64,000 nt of DNA. It comes from Auanema rhodensis (taxonomy: Eukaryota > Animalia > Nematoda). The stretch is from the NCBI GenBank assembly GCA_964057225.1, contig OZ059895.1, forward strand, positions 18,538,001-18,602,000. Reading direction: 5' to 3'. Shown here one piece after another: positions 1 to 16,761 of this stretch. Under the pieces are notes generated by a model. It did no database searches. It saw nothing but the letters and a program-made list of their open reading frames with translations, and was not told the origin of the DNA. The position numbers and the translations under genes are program-made. How positions within the stretch are numbered: the stretch's first letter is position 1; the number at the start of each line of letters is the position of its first letter.

Positions 1-369
1 TTTATATAAGCGATAAGAAGAATAACATAAACAACTGTTTATTTGCGAACAAAGGTGGAATAGAAGCATGTAAGGCATTTGATATGATCACTTTTGTTGT
101 TATCAACATGAAAGCATAATTAATGAAATTCATAAAAAAATAATAAAGATGGATATGGAATATCAAAGACAGGGATTGTCCTTTACATAACACCGAAACA
201 CATCATATCAATTAGCATTACATACCAAAAAAAAACAAAAGACAGACATAGTGCTTTTCGCTGAAACTAAAGTTATTTTTATCAAAAAATTGGTTAATGC
301 TTTATTTTACCAAGAACCTTTGTTTTTATTTATTATATTATAAATCATTATGAATACATCAAATTTAAA

Positions 370-397
370 TGTGGCCCTAAAGAGGGCCGTTGGGTTA
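370..397 (-). promoter_or_regulatory. Histone mRNA 3' stem-loop (H3); second copy 4058-4085
   Basis: Sense strand TAACCCAACGGCCCT-CTTT-AGGGCCACA, just after the stop codon; 6-bp stem, 4-nt loop starting with C as in C. elegans. Confidence 0.95.
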
Positions 398-414
398 TGT
401 AACGTTTCAAGCGC

Positions 415-918
<504 letters not shown>

Positions 919-1395
919 TCACTATTTTGGTATTTAGACTATAAATATATTTAATCGGATCATAGCTACATAAGTAAAGTATTACAGTAATAAGGACAAA
1001 AACTTAGTAATTGTAAGTTGAATGGAATGTAATAGTGAATTTGTATTAAAAGATTCACAGTTCCATTTAAAAAATAATTGTCTTCACACATTGTATAGTA
1101 AAATTTCTGATTAGAATACACTTGACTAATTATAGATATTTCAACATCATTATAGCAAACATCTTTAAATGAACTAAATGAAACACTTGACAAGCGTTAC
1201 TAATCTCAAAAGAATTACAACAATATTAATAAAGAAGCTCAAAAAAATTAACTATAAGAACAACCGATCAACTGCCATCTGTCTTAAAAATGAAATATCG
1301 ATCAAAATTATTGAGCACCCAAGTTTGTTATAATAATTATATTATTTATATTACATGAAAAACAATAATAAATATATGAGAGAAAATTCTGTATT

Positions 1396-1423
1396 TGTGG
1401 CCCTAAAGAGGGCCGTTGGGTTA
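1396..1423 (-). promoter_or_regulatory. Histone mRNA 3' stem-loop (H2A); second copy 5084-5111
   Basis: Same 28-nt element as H3. Confidence 0.95.
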
Positions 1424-1442
1424 GATGATAGCAGCACATCAT

Positions 1443-1826
1443 TTATTCCTTTTCTCCGGCAGTCTTCTTGGGGAGAAGGCTGGCTTGGATGTTTGGAAGA
1501 ACTCCTCCTTGAGCGATGGTTACACCAGAAAGAAGTTTGTTCAACTCTTCGTCATTTCTGACAGCAAGTTGAAGATGGCGAGGGTTGATTCTGCTCTTCT
1601 TGTTATCACGAGCAGCGTTACCAGCCAATTCGAGAACTTCAGCGGCAAGGTATTCAAGAACAGCAGCAAGGTAGACTGGAGCTCCGGCACCAACACGCTT
1701 AGCGTAGTTACCTTTGCGAAGCATACGGTGAAGACGTCCAACGGGGAATTGAAGTCCAGCTCTTGATGAGCGAGACTTGGCCTTTCCACCGGTCTTGGCT
1801 TTTCCTCCCTTTCCACGTCCAGACAT
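1443..1826 (-). CDS. H2A: Histone H2A (127 aa)
   Basis: [11 protein letters not shown]...[14 protein letters not shown]...LLPKKT; true ATG at 1826. Confidence 0.99.
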   Translation of the reverse strand: MSGRGKGGKAKTGGKAKSRSSRAGLQFPVGRLHRMLRKGNYAKRVGAGAPVYLAAVLEYLAAEVLELAGNAARDNKKSRINPRHLQLAVRNDEELNKLLSGVTIAQGGVLPNIQASLLPKKTAGEKE

Positions 1827-2293
1827 GATGATAGCTAGGGCAGAGTTGTTTAACTCGTTAGCCCAAAAGAAATTGCTTGCGAAGCATATAGAGTTTAGCA
1901 AGCAGGCTCCGCCCATATGGACCATTGTCCCAATTCTCGCCACAGGTAAAAAATTGTATAGTAAAGATTACTATATAACCTATATAATATATTTAATTTT
2001 GATTAAAAATGGTTACAATAGACTGCTTTTTTTTCAAAGCATTGTCTTTATATAGTCAAGCTGATTTAGAGCATACACAATTACAATGTTTTTCCAATAA
2101 CCATGCCCTGTTTATCTACATATTTAAATATCCTTTTTTAATATATATTTGTATATATTGATACATCTACCATAGTACATCAATAATATATCCTAACCAT
2201 TACAAGCAGTTCTGCCTGAAATCAAAAAAATAATACATTTATACATATTTATTATGACAATATTAATTTAATAATTCAACAAAATTAACTATA

Positions 2294-2321
2294 TGTGGCC
2301 CTAAAGAGGGCCGTTGGGTTA
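2294..2321 (-). promoter_or_regulatory. Histone mRNA 3' stem-loop (H2B); second copy 5982-6009
   Basis: Same 28-nt element as H3. Confidence 0.95.
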
Positions 2322-2344
2322 GGTTGCAGCACAACTCTAACAAT

Positions 2345-2716
2345 TTACTTGCTAGAGGTGTACTTAGTGACAGCCTTGGTTCCTTCAGAGACGGCGTGCT
2401 TGGCAAGTTCTCCTGGGAGGATAAGTCTGACGGCAGTCTGGACTTCGCGAGATGAGATGGTAGATCTCTTGTTGTAGTGAGCCAGACGGGAAGCCTCAGC
2501 AGCGATGCGCTCAAAAACGTCATTGACGAATGAGTTCATGATGCTCATAGCCTTGGAGGAGATTCCGGTGTCAGGGTGGACCTGCTTCAATACACGGTAG
2601 ACATAGACGGAGTAAGATTCCTTTCTGGACTTTCTCTTCTTCTTGTCTCCGGTACGGCTGACCTTCTGGGTCTTAGCGGCCTTCTTAGCTCCCTTGGCGG
2701 ATGGCTTGGGTGGCAT
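2345..2716 (-). CDS. H2B: Histone H2B (123 aa)
   Basis: [13 protein letters not shown]...[26 protein letters not shown]...KYTSSK. Confidence 0.99.
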   Translation of the reverse strand: MPPKPSAKGAKKAAKTQKVSRTGDKKKRKSRKESYSVYVYRVLKQVHPDTGISSKAMSIMNSFVNDVFERIAAEASRLAHYNKRSTISSREVQTAVRLILPGELAKHAVSEGTKAVTKYTSSK

Positions 2717-2781
2717 AGTTATTGCTTCACTGACGAATCAAGTGGTATCGTACAACTCGGTAGCCTGACCTTTATGTTCAT

Positions 2782-2803
2782 TGGCGCGCCAACCACGCCC
2801 ACA
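2782..2803 (-). promoter_or_regulatory. H2B promoter element: TGGCGCGCCA plus CGCCCACA (copy at 6470-6491)
   Basis: 20/22 identical to 881-902. Confidence 0.6.
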
Positions 2804-3164
2804 TTCCTAACGTCAATGAAAGCTGAACTGTACAAATGGTAATATGTTAACTAGTTAGCTAAATCTCTCAATATATACATTATATTTATATTTATATGTA
2901 TAAATATAAATATGAAAAGAAACTGGAAAAATTAAAAATTAAAAACAATACAATACTAAGAATATTTAAATTTTCAAAACAACATTAGCAAGCAATGAAA
3001 ATCTAAACAATCATATCATTTTGAAAAAAAAGAAAGAGCGGTTGTATTCAGCATCATTACTTCAACTTCTAATCAACAACAAGCACATAGTACAGATAAG
3101 TCATTCATTATTTTATTATTCAATCATATAAATTAATATGTTAACAAAAAAAAATTTGTATGTT

Positions 3165-3192
3165 TGTGGCCCTGAAGAGGGCCGTTGGGTTA
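3165..3192 (-). promoter_or_regulatory. Histone mRNA 3' stem-loop (H4; loop CTTC); second copy 6853-6880
   Basis: 28-nt element with one loop substitution relative to the other three. Confidence 0.95.
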
Positions 3193-3216
3193 GGTAGTTG
3201 TCACATGTTATACAAC

Positions 3217-3549
<333 letters not shown>

Positions 3550-4102
3550 CTATGTGTTGAAGACTGCTCCTAGCATCTCCCTTATATACTAGTGCTGTAG
3601 AGGTCACCGCGCAAAAACCCATTGTAATCGGCACCAAGCATATTGGCGCTTAATTTTGCCGCTCAATTCTAGAAATGTATATTTAAATTTTATATAAGCG
3701 ATAAGAAGAATAACATAAACAACTGTTTATTTGCGAACAAAGGTGGAATAGAAGCATGTAAGGCATTTGATATGATCACTTTTGTTGTTATCAACATGAA
3801 AGCATAATTAATGAAATTCATAAAAAAATAATAAAGATGGATATGGAATATCAAAGACAGGGATTGTCCTTTACATAACACCGAAACACATCATATCAAT
3901 TAGCATTACATACCAAAAAAAAACAAAAGACAGACATAGTGCTTTTCGCTGAAACTAAAGTTATTTTTATCAAAAAATTGGTTAATGCTTTATTTTACCA
4001 AGAACCTTTGTTTTTATTTATTATATTATAAATCATTATGAATACATCAAATTTAAATGTGGCCCTAAAGAGGGCCGTTGGGTTATGTAACGTTTCAAGC
4101 GC

Positions 4103-4606
<504 letters not shown>

Positions 4607-5130
4607 TCACTATTTTGGTATTTAGACTATAAATATATTTAATCGGATCATAGCTACATAAGTAAAGTATTACAGTAATAAGGACAAAAACTTAGTAATT
4701 GTAAGTTGAATGGAATGTAATAGTGAATTTGTATTAAAAGATTCACAGTTCCATTTAAAAAATAATTGTCTTCACACATTGTATAGTAAAATTTCTGATT
4801 AGAATACACTTGACTAATTATAGATATTTCAACATCATTATAGCAAACATCTTTAAATGAACTAAATGAAACACTTGACAAGCGTTACTAATCTCAAAAG
4901 AATTACAACAATATTAATAAAGAAGCTCAAAAAAATTAACTATAAGAACAACCGATCAACTGCCATCTGTCTTAAAAATGAAATATCGATCAAAATTATT
5001 GAGCACCCAAGTTTGTTATAATAATTATATTATTTATATTACATGAAAAACAATAATAAATATATGAGAGAAAATTCTGTATTTGTGGCCCTAAAGAGGG
5101 CCGTTGGGTTAGATGATAGCAGCACATCAT

Positions 5131-5514
5131 TTATTCCTTTTCTCCGGCAGTCTTCTTGGGGAGAAGGCTGGCTTGGATGTTTGGAAGAACTCCTCCTTGA
5201 GCGATGGTTACACCAGAAAGAAGTTTGTTCAACTCTTCGTCATTTCTGACAGCAAGTTGAAGATGGCGAGGGTTGATTCTGCTCTTCTTGTTATCACGAG
5301 CAGCGTTACCAGCCAATTCGAGAACTTCAGCGGCAAGGTATTCAAGAACAGCAGCAAGGTAGACTGGAGCTCCGGCACCAACACGCTTAGCGTAGTTACC
5401 TTTGCGAAGCATACGGTGAAGACGTCCAACGGGGAATTGAAGTCCAGCTCTTGATGAGCGAGACTTGGCCTTTCCACCGGTCTTGGCTTTTCCTCCCTTT
5501 CCACGTCCAGACAT
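5131..5514 (-). CDS. H2A: Histone H2A (second unit)
   Basis: Identical to 1443-1826. Confidence 0.99.
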   Translation of the reverse strand: MSGRGKGGKAKTGGKAKSRSSRAGLQFPVGRLHRMLRKGNYAKRVGAGAPVYLAAVLEYLAAEVLELAGNAARDNKKSRINPRHLQLAVRNDEELNKLLSGVTIAQGGVLPNIQASLLPKKTAGEKE

Positions 5515-6032
5515 GATGATAGCTAGGGCAGAGTTGTTTAACTCGTTAGCCCAAAAGAAATTGCTTGCGAAGCATATAGAGTTTAGCAAGCAGGCTCCGC
5601 CCATATGGACCATTGTCCCAATTCTCGCCACAGGTAAAAAATTGTATAGTAAAGATTACTATATAACCTATATAATATATTTAATTTTGATTAAAAATGG
5701 TTACAATAGACTGCTTTTTTTTCAAAGCATTGTCTTTATATAGTCAAGCTGATTTAGAGCATACACAATTACAATGTTTTTCCAATAACCATGCCCTGTT
5801 TATCTACATATTTAAATATCCTTTTTTAATATATATTTGTATATATTGATACATCTACCATAGTACATCAATAATATATCCTAACCATTACAAGCAGTTC
5901 TGCCTGAAATCAAAAAAATAATACATTTATACATATTTATTATGACAATATTAATTTAATAATTCAACAAAATTAACTATATGTGGCCCTAAAGAGGGCC
6001 GTTGGGTTAGGTTGCAGCACAACTCTAACAAT

Positions 6033-6404
6033 TTACTTGCTAGAGGTGTACTTAGTGACAGCCTTGGTTCCTTCAGAGACGGCGTGCTTGGCAAGTTCTC
6101 CTGGGAGGATAAGTCTGACGGCAGTCTGGACTTCGCGAGATGAGATGGTAGATCTCTTGTTGTAGTGAGCCAGACGGGAAGCCTCAGCAGCGATGCGCTC
6201 AAAAACGTCATTGACGAATGAGTTCATGATGCTCATAGCCTTGGAGGAGATTCCGGTGTCAGGGTGGACCTGCTTCAATACACGGTAGACATAGACGGAG
6301 TAAGATTCCTTTCTGGACTTTCTCTTCTTCTTGTCTCCGGTACGGCTGACCTTCTGGGTCTTAGCGGCCTTCTTAGCTCCCTTGGCGGATGGCTTGGGTG
6401 GCAT
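6033..6404 (-). CDS. H2B: Histone H2B (second unit)
   Basis: Identical to 2345-2716. Confidence 0.99.
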   Translation of the reverse strand: MPPKPSAKGAKKAAKTQKVSRTGDKKKRKSRKESYSVYVYRVLKQVHPDTGISSKAMSIMNSFVNDVFERIAAEASRLAHYNKRSTISSREVQTAVRLILPGELAKHAVSEGTKAVTKYTSSK

Positions 6405-6904
6405 AGTTATTGCTTCACTGACGAATCAAGTGGTATCGTACAACTCGGTAGCCTGACCTTTATGTTCATTGGCGCGCCAACCACGCCCACATTCCTAACG
6501 TCAATGAAAGCTGAACTGTACAAATGGTAATATGTTAACTAGTTAGCTAAATCTCTCAATATATACATTATATTTATATTTATATGTATAAATATAAATA
6601 TGAAAAGAAACTGGAAAAATTAAAAATTAAAAACAATACAATACTAAGAATATTTAAATTTTCAAAACAACATTAGCAAGCAATGAAAATCTAAACAATC
6701 ATATCATTTTGAAAAAAAAGAAAGAGCGGTTGTATTCAGCATCATTACTTCAACTTCTAATCAACAACAAGCACATAGTACAGATAAGTCATTCATTATT
6801 TTATTATTCAATCATATAAATTAATATGTTAACAAAAAAAAATTTGTATGTTTGTGGCCCTGAAGAGGGCCGTTGGGTTAGGTAGTTGTCACATGTTATA
6901 CAAC

Positions 6905-7237
<333 letters not shown>

Positions 7238-7271
7238 CTATGTGCTTGTTTGTTCTAATCTTGTTTGGACG

Positions 7272-7314
7272 TTATATAGTACGAACGCCGAAGTCACGTT
7301 GCATAAACCCATTG
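7272..7314 (-). promoter_or_regulatory. Core promoter of the terminal H4 copy (TATA plus upstream GTGAC/TGC/CAATGGGTTT blocks); internal-copy equivalent 3582-3624
   Basis: Same motif blocks with the same spacing in otherwise unrelated sequence. Confidence 0.75.
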
Positions 7315-7699
7315 GAAAATTGAATAAACTTGAAAGTAGAGTATGCTCTCTTAATTGACTTGAAAACTTGAAAATAGAGTATGCGTTTATAAGTGCAAAG
7401 TTTGTAGCAGTAGATCTACATTGCTGATAAAGCAATTAAACATTTGTTTGAGTTAAAACTTAAATCATTTGACGGGCATCAAGAAAGTAAAAACATTTAG
7501 ATATTTCTAACTAAGTTCATTTGACTGTACGATTAGATGTACTATTATGAAACATCAAACTGGTTCACGATATATAAGAGACAATCAGTTAATAACAAGC
7601 ATCTATCCACTACCAAATAAAGCTGTATCATATTTTTAACTGTACCTATTATATATTGAAATCTTTGGATTATTACGTTAACCATATTAATTGCAGAAA

Positions 7700-8054
7700 A
7701 TGATATCAATTTTTCTCCTATTTACTTCATTTTCTGTTCTCTTCTTTGATAGTAATGCACAATTTTCGCCGGTTTATACATGTCATCTCTGCTCTAAGGG
7801 TGTTCCAGCGCTTATACCTGTCGTACATGAAGGAGGAGATTTAGATGAAGTACGTTCAAAGATAGTTATATTTCATACTCTCTTCTTAGGCTATCAGTGA
7901 CTTTTGCCGCAACAATGCTTCACCTTTTCTGTATGCACCTTGCTTGGAAGCTATCAAGGGCAAAATCGATGAAATAGTTGAAAGAATCAAGAAAGGAGAA
8001 AATGCTGAAGAAATATGTTTAGCTTTATATAGTTGTGAGAAAACCTTCCTATAA
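7700..8054 (+). CDS. Secreted saposin-like protein (spp/caenopore type), 104 aa; exons 7700-7849, 7890-8054
   Basis: MISIFLLFTSFSVLFFDSNAQFSPVYTCHLCSKG...DE|AISDFCRNNASPFLYAPCLEAIKGKIDEIVERIKKGENAEEICLALYSCEKTFL*; signal peptide, six Cys in saposin-B spacing, 40-nt GT-AG intron. Confidence 0.85.
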
Positions 8055-8201
8055 TATCCCTTTTCTGTTAGGCTCTTATTTAATCTCATAATTTGAATAT
8101 TTTCTCAGCAGATTGAATTAAAATTTTGTTTGTATGATGATAATAGCAAATCATTAGGAAAGTATATTTTTATTTAAATTATGTTCAATGCAAAAAAATT
8201 T

Positions 8202-9839
<1,638 letters not shown>

Positions 9840-10515
9840 TTACCTAAACTCAAGGAAAACTGAATAACTGAAGGATGATTCCATAAAACAACAATAGAAG
9901 ATAATAGCAGGAAACAATTTTTTAATTGTTATTTACTAAATAGCTAGATACCGTGCATTGCACTTCAACTGAATGAACTGATTTGTTTCTTTCGATCAAC
10001 CAGTACCTCTCCCATTTCAGGTAGATCAAAACTATTCTTCGATCTCCACATTTCTGTTAAAAACAGTGCAAAATTTCATTTGAAGTTCGTAATTTCGGTA
10101 CACTTGCACCGTAATCTTAAAATATTTTTCTAATATATTTTCCCACACGTTATACATCAAACTACATTCAAAAATGAACTTAAATATAAATTTTGTTAAA
10201 GACTAGCTATACATTTTGAATATATCCAATTTCTATTAATACTTGGCTTCAAAATTAAGAAAATAATCTAATATGCGACAAAGTCTCTGTATTAATTCAA
10301 ATATTTGTTGTTAAAATAAACTAAAATTTACTTAACAGCTCATAAAACTATGTGTTGATTTCAAATAGTTTTAATAATATTATTAATAATAAATTCCATT
10401 TTTGCATAGAATACAATTTCTCTTCAGATATGAGTCAAGTATTTTGTTTTGAGGTCATCCTTCTACATTCCGCCTTCGGTGATTCTTCATATTTTTTTGA
10501 AAACTTCTATCGTTG

Positions 10516-11961
10516 ATGTCTTCTTCTTTATCGCATTCAGCTCGAAACTTTGTTGTTAATGCTTGTACACCAGCTGAGCAACGTGAACAAGTGTATCGTC
10601 GAGTTATTCGACTATCCTCCGTGCTTTGTTTGATAAGTATAATTTCAATTATATTTGCTTTATCGTTTGGTTATATCGTAATTCGTTTGAACGAACATCA
10701 GATGACTCGTTGCCAGGTATTTGATATAAACAGTTGAATAGTAATTCAAATTTTTTTACTAAATTAGGGAAATATATCAAAAATCATATCTTATTCACTA
10801 TCTCCCAGACGTCGTGCACGTTATGTGGGATCATACAATGCTGCTGTTCCTCGCACCGATAGCATAATGTCATCGAGCTATGTAGTTAGTTGAATATATA
10901 GTTTCTTATTTAATTTTTTCAAAATATCATAATATTAATTTATATCCTGTCTTAGGGTCATATGAATGTACCTCATGGACGAGATAACATAGCAACTTCT
11001 CTACAAAATCCTTTCTCGTTTACTACAGGTAGTAACGCTGCTCCTTTAACTGAATGCAAGGTTTGGATTATGATCCTTTACTACCAATGAAACATTCTTT
11101 TGTTTCAATTAAGCCATGTTGTACAATTGGACCACCTGGGCCACCTGGTTTAAATGGTCAAAATGGCCTTCCAGGTGAATGTGGCTCACCTGGAGAGCCA
11201 GGACCCCCTGGACCGATTAGTATTATGCCATGTATTGATGGTGTGAACTTTCGAATCCTTCTGAATATTAAAAATTTGAGAATATTGCAGCAACTCAAAT
11301 GCAAGAAATGTGTTCTGCATGCGAGCCAGGACCTCCCGGTCCTGCAGGCCTTCCTGGTTCACGTGGTGATCCGGGACCGCCTGGGGATATCGGTTCAACT
11401 GGTCTTCCGGGCACTAATGGTGAGCCCGGAGCTCCAGGTTTTGATAAACTTCATAATGGGCATAATTTTTTTTTTGAGGACCAGAAGGGCCTCCGGGACA
11501 TCCAGGAAAGATTGGTGAATTGGGTGAACCTGGGCAGACGCCGCTTGCAACTGCAATGGAGCCTGGAGATCCTGGACCACCTGGAGTAAGATAACCACCT
11601 TATTTTATCTTAATATATTATATATAGCCTCCTGGCCTTATGGGAGATATGGGTCCGCCAGGTATTCCATCAGATATGTTTGCTCCAGAGATTGGTATAA
11701 AGGGTGTGCGTGGTTTACCAGGTAAAACTGCTTATTAAACATCAACGCATTCGTAATGAACCTTATATTCCAGGTGACCCTGGTCTGGATGGAGTTTCAG
11801 GTGCAGTCGGTAAACCTGGACTTCCTGGATTATCTGGAGAGCCTGGAATATGTCCAACATACTGTGCAGTGGATGGTGGAGTTTTCCATGATCTTTCCAT
11901 AGTGAGCAACGGGAATTATGAGCATGAGTCAACTAATCGTCGACAAAGAAGATTATATTGA
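10516..11961 (+). CDS. Nematode cuticle collagen (about 8 exons)
   Basis: N-terminal hydrophobic segment, RRRAR furin-type site, ECK|[12 protein letters not shown], interrupted Gly-X-Y blocks, C-terminal [14 protein letters not shown]. Confidence 0.9.
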
Positions 11962-13975
11962 ATTTAAGTTAAAACAATGCTTTAAGCTATAAGTTTGTGT
12001 TTAATACGAATAAAAATGAAAAGTTAATATTGTCTTTATCCCTTTATAGGTGTTTAGTATCGTAGTTTTGATGAGAGAAAACTTGGAAGAATCAACTTTT
12101 GAGATCACGGCTGCTTGACATTCAACGTCCTATTCTCGGCATCAAAACTACAAAAAAATAGAGAACAAGAAGGATTTAGGAATAAGTGGCCATCTATCCG
12201 TTTAGAATCATATATTATTTCCTTTCTAAGAATATTCTCGAATAAATAGTATTTTCAATAGAAAGTTCAGCTATTAGTATTAGTATGTATAACATGATTC
12301 ATACAACATATTTCTAGAATGTTCTGCCTGGTTCTTCACAAAGAAATCAAAAATAATCTCATTTTCACGAAAGAGTATCAAAGTAAATGTTTGTAAGCGA
12401 GAAGATATAGATGTTACCATTGTTTTTGCCCTTTTTTTGTAGAAGAAGAACTTTTCTTTAGAAGAATTTCGGTACATCTTGTTTATAAAACAAATAACTG
12501 ACCGTTACATTCACGAAATAAACCATTCTCTTTAAGTTTGAAGTTATTGTCTTTAGTGTATCCATTTCAAATGATCCGTAACCTTCTATTATAGTTCTAT
12601 CAAATATCTCTTTTTCAAATCTACTAAGTAAATCATCACGTTTCTACTGTCTTTCAGGTTTTTTTTGTTCCGGTCACTCCATGAACAAACAGTTATCCAA
12701 ACAGTCCAAATCTTGTATTGACACGCTAAGAGAGACTTAGACTTTTGCTCTTGTAACATAAACTTTTGGATATTAGTATATTGTAAGTGTTGAAGAAAGT
12801 ATTTTATGTTAATAATCATCAAAATACATTAGAAATTTGGGTTAAAGTTCAGAAAGTGTTATTTCATCCACTTTTTCATCAGATATACAACAAGCGGCTT
12901 CATTGATTTAGTTTTCTAAAGAATTTTATTGCAAATACTATTTTCTTCTTCTTATATTATATCTTCAGATATTATATCTGTCCGGATGTTGAGCATATAT
13001 TCAAGACTAATTTGCCCTTACTCGTGAAGACAAGAGGCAAGTTTCTGCACTAAAAATCTGGTTCAGAACCTCGTTTTCGTCCCGCTCTCGCTGTACGTTC
13101 AAATGCTTGTAGTTGGTCACTTTTAACGGGAATTTTTTATTTTTTCTGTCTCTAGCTCTATGTTATTCAAAAACGAAGAGAGAAAATAGAGGTAATAAGG
13201 AGAGGAGATGGGCATCGGATGATTGAAAGAGTGGACAAGCTTCTTCAAGTGCTTCTTGGATTGTTCTCTCTTTGAGTCTAATCTTTAACAAACATTATTT
13301 GGAAGAAGAGGTAAGATAGTGAAAAATAAATGAGAGATATGTATGTAATATATGAAAATAGAGAGAAAAAAGAAAATAAGAAGAAGGAACAGAGAAAAAC
13401 ATTACACGAGAAACTCTCTTAAAGTCTCTTCTTCTTATTTTCAATTATGATGTATTGACCTATAAGAGGTAAAGATTGATTGACAATTCAACAGTCAAAT
13501 ACGATGTTGTTGATGATTATGATGATGATGTATTCAGATGTATCGTTCAGTTTAGGCGAGAGTTTATAACAACTACGACTATGTCCTGCTTTGAATATTG
13601 ATTGATCCTGCTTTTTTAATTTTTTTTATAAATATAATGTTAAATTATTAGTAAATTTATAAAATAAATATATAAATCAATCTTTAATCTTTCAATATTA
13701 CAATGAAATAATATATAAGTTTTATAGTTTCAATAAAAACCCGTATAATCAGTACAACTATATGTATATTTGAAACAACCAAAATGAATTATTTTCAGCT
13801 AAAATATGAAAATAACAGGTAATGAATTAATGTTTGTACATATGTGTGAAATAACAAACCGATTAGATGTCATTAAAGATTTTTTCGTGCATGTTTGTTT
13901 CAGGTTTTAAGCTCGTATTGTTGTGACATCACATAGAGAGGTGATATATGAGCTGAAAGGTAGTGGAAAAAAGAT

Positions 13976-13978
<3 letters not shown>

Positions 13979-14034
<56 letters not shown>
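13979..14034. repeat. (GA)28 microsatellite, part of the left arm of an inverted repeat
   Basis: Direct reading. Confidence 0.95.
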
Positions 14035-14038
<4 letters not shown>

Positions 14039-14121
14039 TCACAAAGAAGAGAAATTGCGACATTAGATGTTACATGAATGAAATCAACATCCTTATTTTG
14101 ATAGAAAAAATAATTTGGCGT

Positions 14122-16761
14122 TCAAATGGTTGGATTGTAGGCATGTAGTGTTGGCCCCTTGATTGTCGATATCTGGGCTGTCTGCTTACGTGACTGTTTT
14201 CGACGATAGCAGATGTAGGCTGATAGCAGAGACAGATTCAGACCTACGCACACAACAGCAATCACAATAGCTAAGCCCACAGCCCAGACGGGTGCCAATG
14301 AGTGAGGATCTGAGTATGGTGGTCGAATCGTCGAGTAGTCAGAAGATTCACTTGGATTCGGAGTTTCTTCCACCGATGTAGAAGTTGCTGCGGGTTGTAC
14401 GGAACTAGGTGGATTAGTTACAGCTTCCAGATCATTATGCTGCACTTGAACAACAGAAATCGGTGATATCTGAAAATAATATATATTTATAAAGTATAGT
14501 TAGGAATGTTTGTTGGTTTCTAAGAGGATTTTAACTTTTTTTGAGGATTTGCTCATTTTCTTTATTTTTCCTCAGTAATACAAGTATCTGCCTGCTCCCA
14601 AAGCGATGTATTTCTTTGCCATAAGGTAAGCCAATCAATTTTGACCATAATTGTCTCAGATACATCTAACTATATGCATATATGGTAGGCTCAGCTTAAT
14701 AGCTAACTTGATAAAAAATTTATTAGCTGTGCTCTTTGTCTGGCCGCATGTACCGCAAATCGGCACTACGCATAGACTTTCTTGTTTGGCTCTCTCAGAG
14801 CATTGTCCACTTGAGACTCATGGGATACGCGACAGGACGATGCAGCCATCATGTATCAGATGACCATTCATCTGGTTGCATGGCATATTGCTGTGATCAA
14901 TGAACTCACTCGGTAGTCGACATAGTTAAGTCGTGCGATATATAATGAATATGCCCAAGTAAAGCTATACGTTTGAGTCTTTCCGAAGTAATTGTACGAA
15001 ACTGACTTTATCCCCCCCCCCCCCCATCCGTTTCTCTGCTTTCACCGATATTTAGATATTCTTCTCCCAAAATATGGGATAGTATACCCTGGCTTAGGAT
15101 ATGCGTTATATCATATATGCATAAGTATACAAATAAGATTAAATATAAAATATATAGTATAGGTAGTAGCATATGCTATTTTAATAAGAGATAATGTATA
15201 GAATTTAATATTAGACATTTGTTATTTGAATTATAACAGAAGGTAGTATATGTCTAATAAAAAAAGAAAAGATGTTAATGTTAACTCTAAATTTGTATGC
15301 TAATTATTACTATATGTATAGTTAAATGGTTATATATTTATAATTCTTAAGATAATCATTGATTTGTTACCTTTTTTTTGGTTTAAAATACATGCAAATT
15401 AATCCTTTGATTACATATTTGAAAGACCTTCGAAACAAGCTAATTTTCATTTGAGCTAAATCCCACCTGTCATTCTGGAGTCAGAAGCATCAAACAATTC
15501 TGATTTGAAATAACCAAAAAAAATGTTTAATTGAATCGGATGATAATAGCAACCGTTTGTAAGACATTATGGAAAATAAATGAAGATTTAAGCTAAATTT
15601 ACACGTGAAAATTCACGTCAACTCTAATGACGCACGTTCATGTAAATACAATGGAAAGAATAAGTTTTAATCCCTTGTGTATATGTAAAATTATTATTTA
15701 TAATAACAAATTACATTTTATTAATTTCATAAAGAATAATTTTAAGAAAGTTTATACTTTATTATTAATTAATTTATTAAAATATTTAAAAAAAAGATTG
15801 AAACATTCTCATTACTTGCATCATTAATTTAATTCGATTTTCTTGACGTAAATTGAAATCTAAGTTCTAATTTAATATATTTTGAACTTTAAGTATATAA
15901 ATATTTTTGAAAATATTCTTATTCACCCCTTCTCACTCCCCCTCTCCCTCTTATAACTTAACTATACTATCTAACTATATGTATATATTGAATGAATAAA
16001 TGGCCATATATGTATGTATAAATAAACCTGTTAACGTTCAATCTGCTAAGCTGTACTCTCTGAACAGAAGGGTGAGATGACATGGCATATCGGTTAGCCT
16101 CAAAGCTCGACCCCATAATATCATTCAAGCATGTTATATAGGCAAATAAAAGCTTACAACACGGCTTATATCATATGGCTAAATCTGAATAAACGACTGC
16201 CGAATGACGGCTGATGATGATAATGAAATATTTACCAGTCTTTTTCGTCTCATTTTTCCGATAATTATGAGAAAAACAATCCAGAGATGCTTAGCAATGG
16301 TGGCTCACTAGTCAACAATATGATTAACCACATCTTGGAAGCATATTCGAGGTTTGACTAACTAACATTTTATTTTTAAGGTAAAATAATGGTCTACATC
16401 TACGAGTTGTTCAGTTACAAACGTAATTTTGTTTTAAATCAAATGCTTGAATAACATTGAGATGGCTTTTTGAATTCATTCGACCGAACATTGCTCAATG
16501 GCTGCCATGGTGACCTTCTTCCTTCGAGTAGAGAAATGGGCAACCATGGAGGTCAGCTTAGCATGAGCTAGTGGTGAACGATTAGCAAGTTGGCAATAGG
16601 TTGAAGACAGCAATGTTGTTGGATAAACATAAAGTTAGAGAGTGTTGGTTATAGGGAAGAAAAGAAAGTATGAAGAAACCATATAAGCTATACAAAGGTT
16701 GAATCATCTAATCCATAAAGATTCCTGTAACCTTTAATGTCGCAATTTCTCTTCTTTGTGA

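Noticed and set aside
1317-1327. ACCCAAGTTTG in the H2A-H3 spacer, resembling part of the SL1 leader
   Set aside because: Only 11 of 22 nt match; no GGTTTAATT start, splice donor or Sm site. No SL or 5S gene was recognised in the unit.
12040-13160. Possible small exons on either strand, including a minus-strand LMPRIGR* resembling a PRXamide neuropeptide
   Set aside because: Could not build a phase-consistent gene with a signal peptide.
14839-14898. Approximately 60-nt fold-back in intron 2 of the MANSC-type gene
   Set aside because: 4-nt loop, large bulges, no known miRNA seed.
15603-15618. ACGTGAA-AA-TTCACGT palindrome with looser relatives near 20702, 33074 and 47547
   Set aside because: Spacing varies and the copies are too degenerate to separate from chance.
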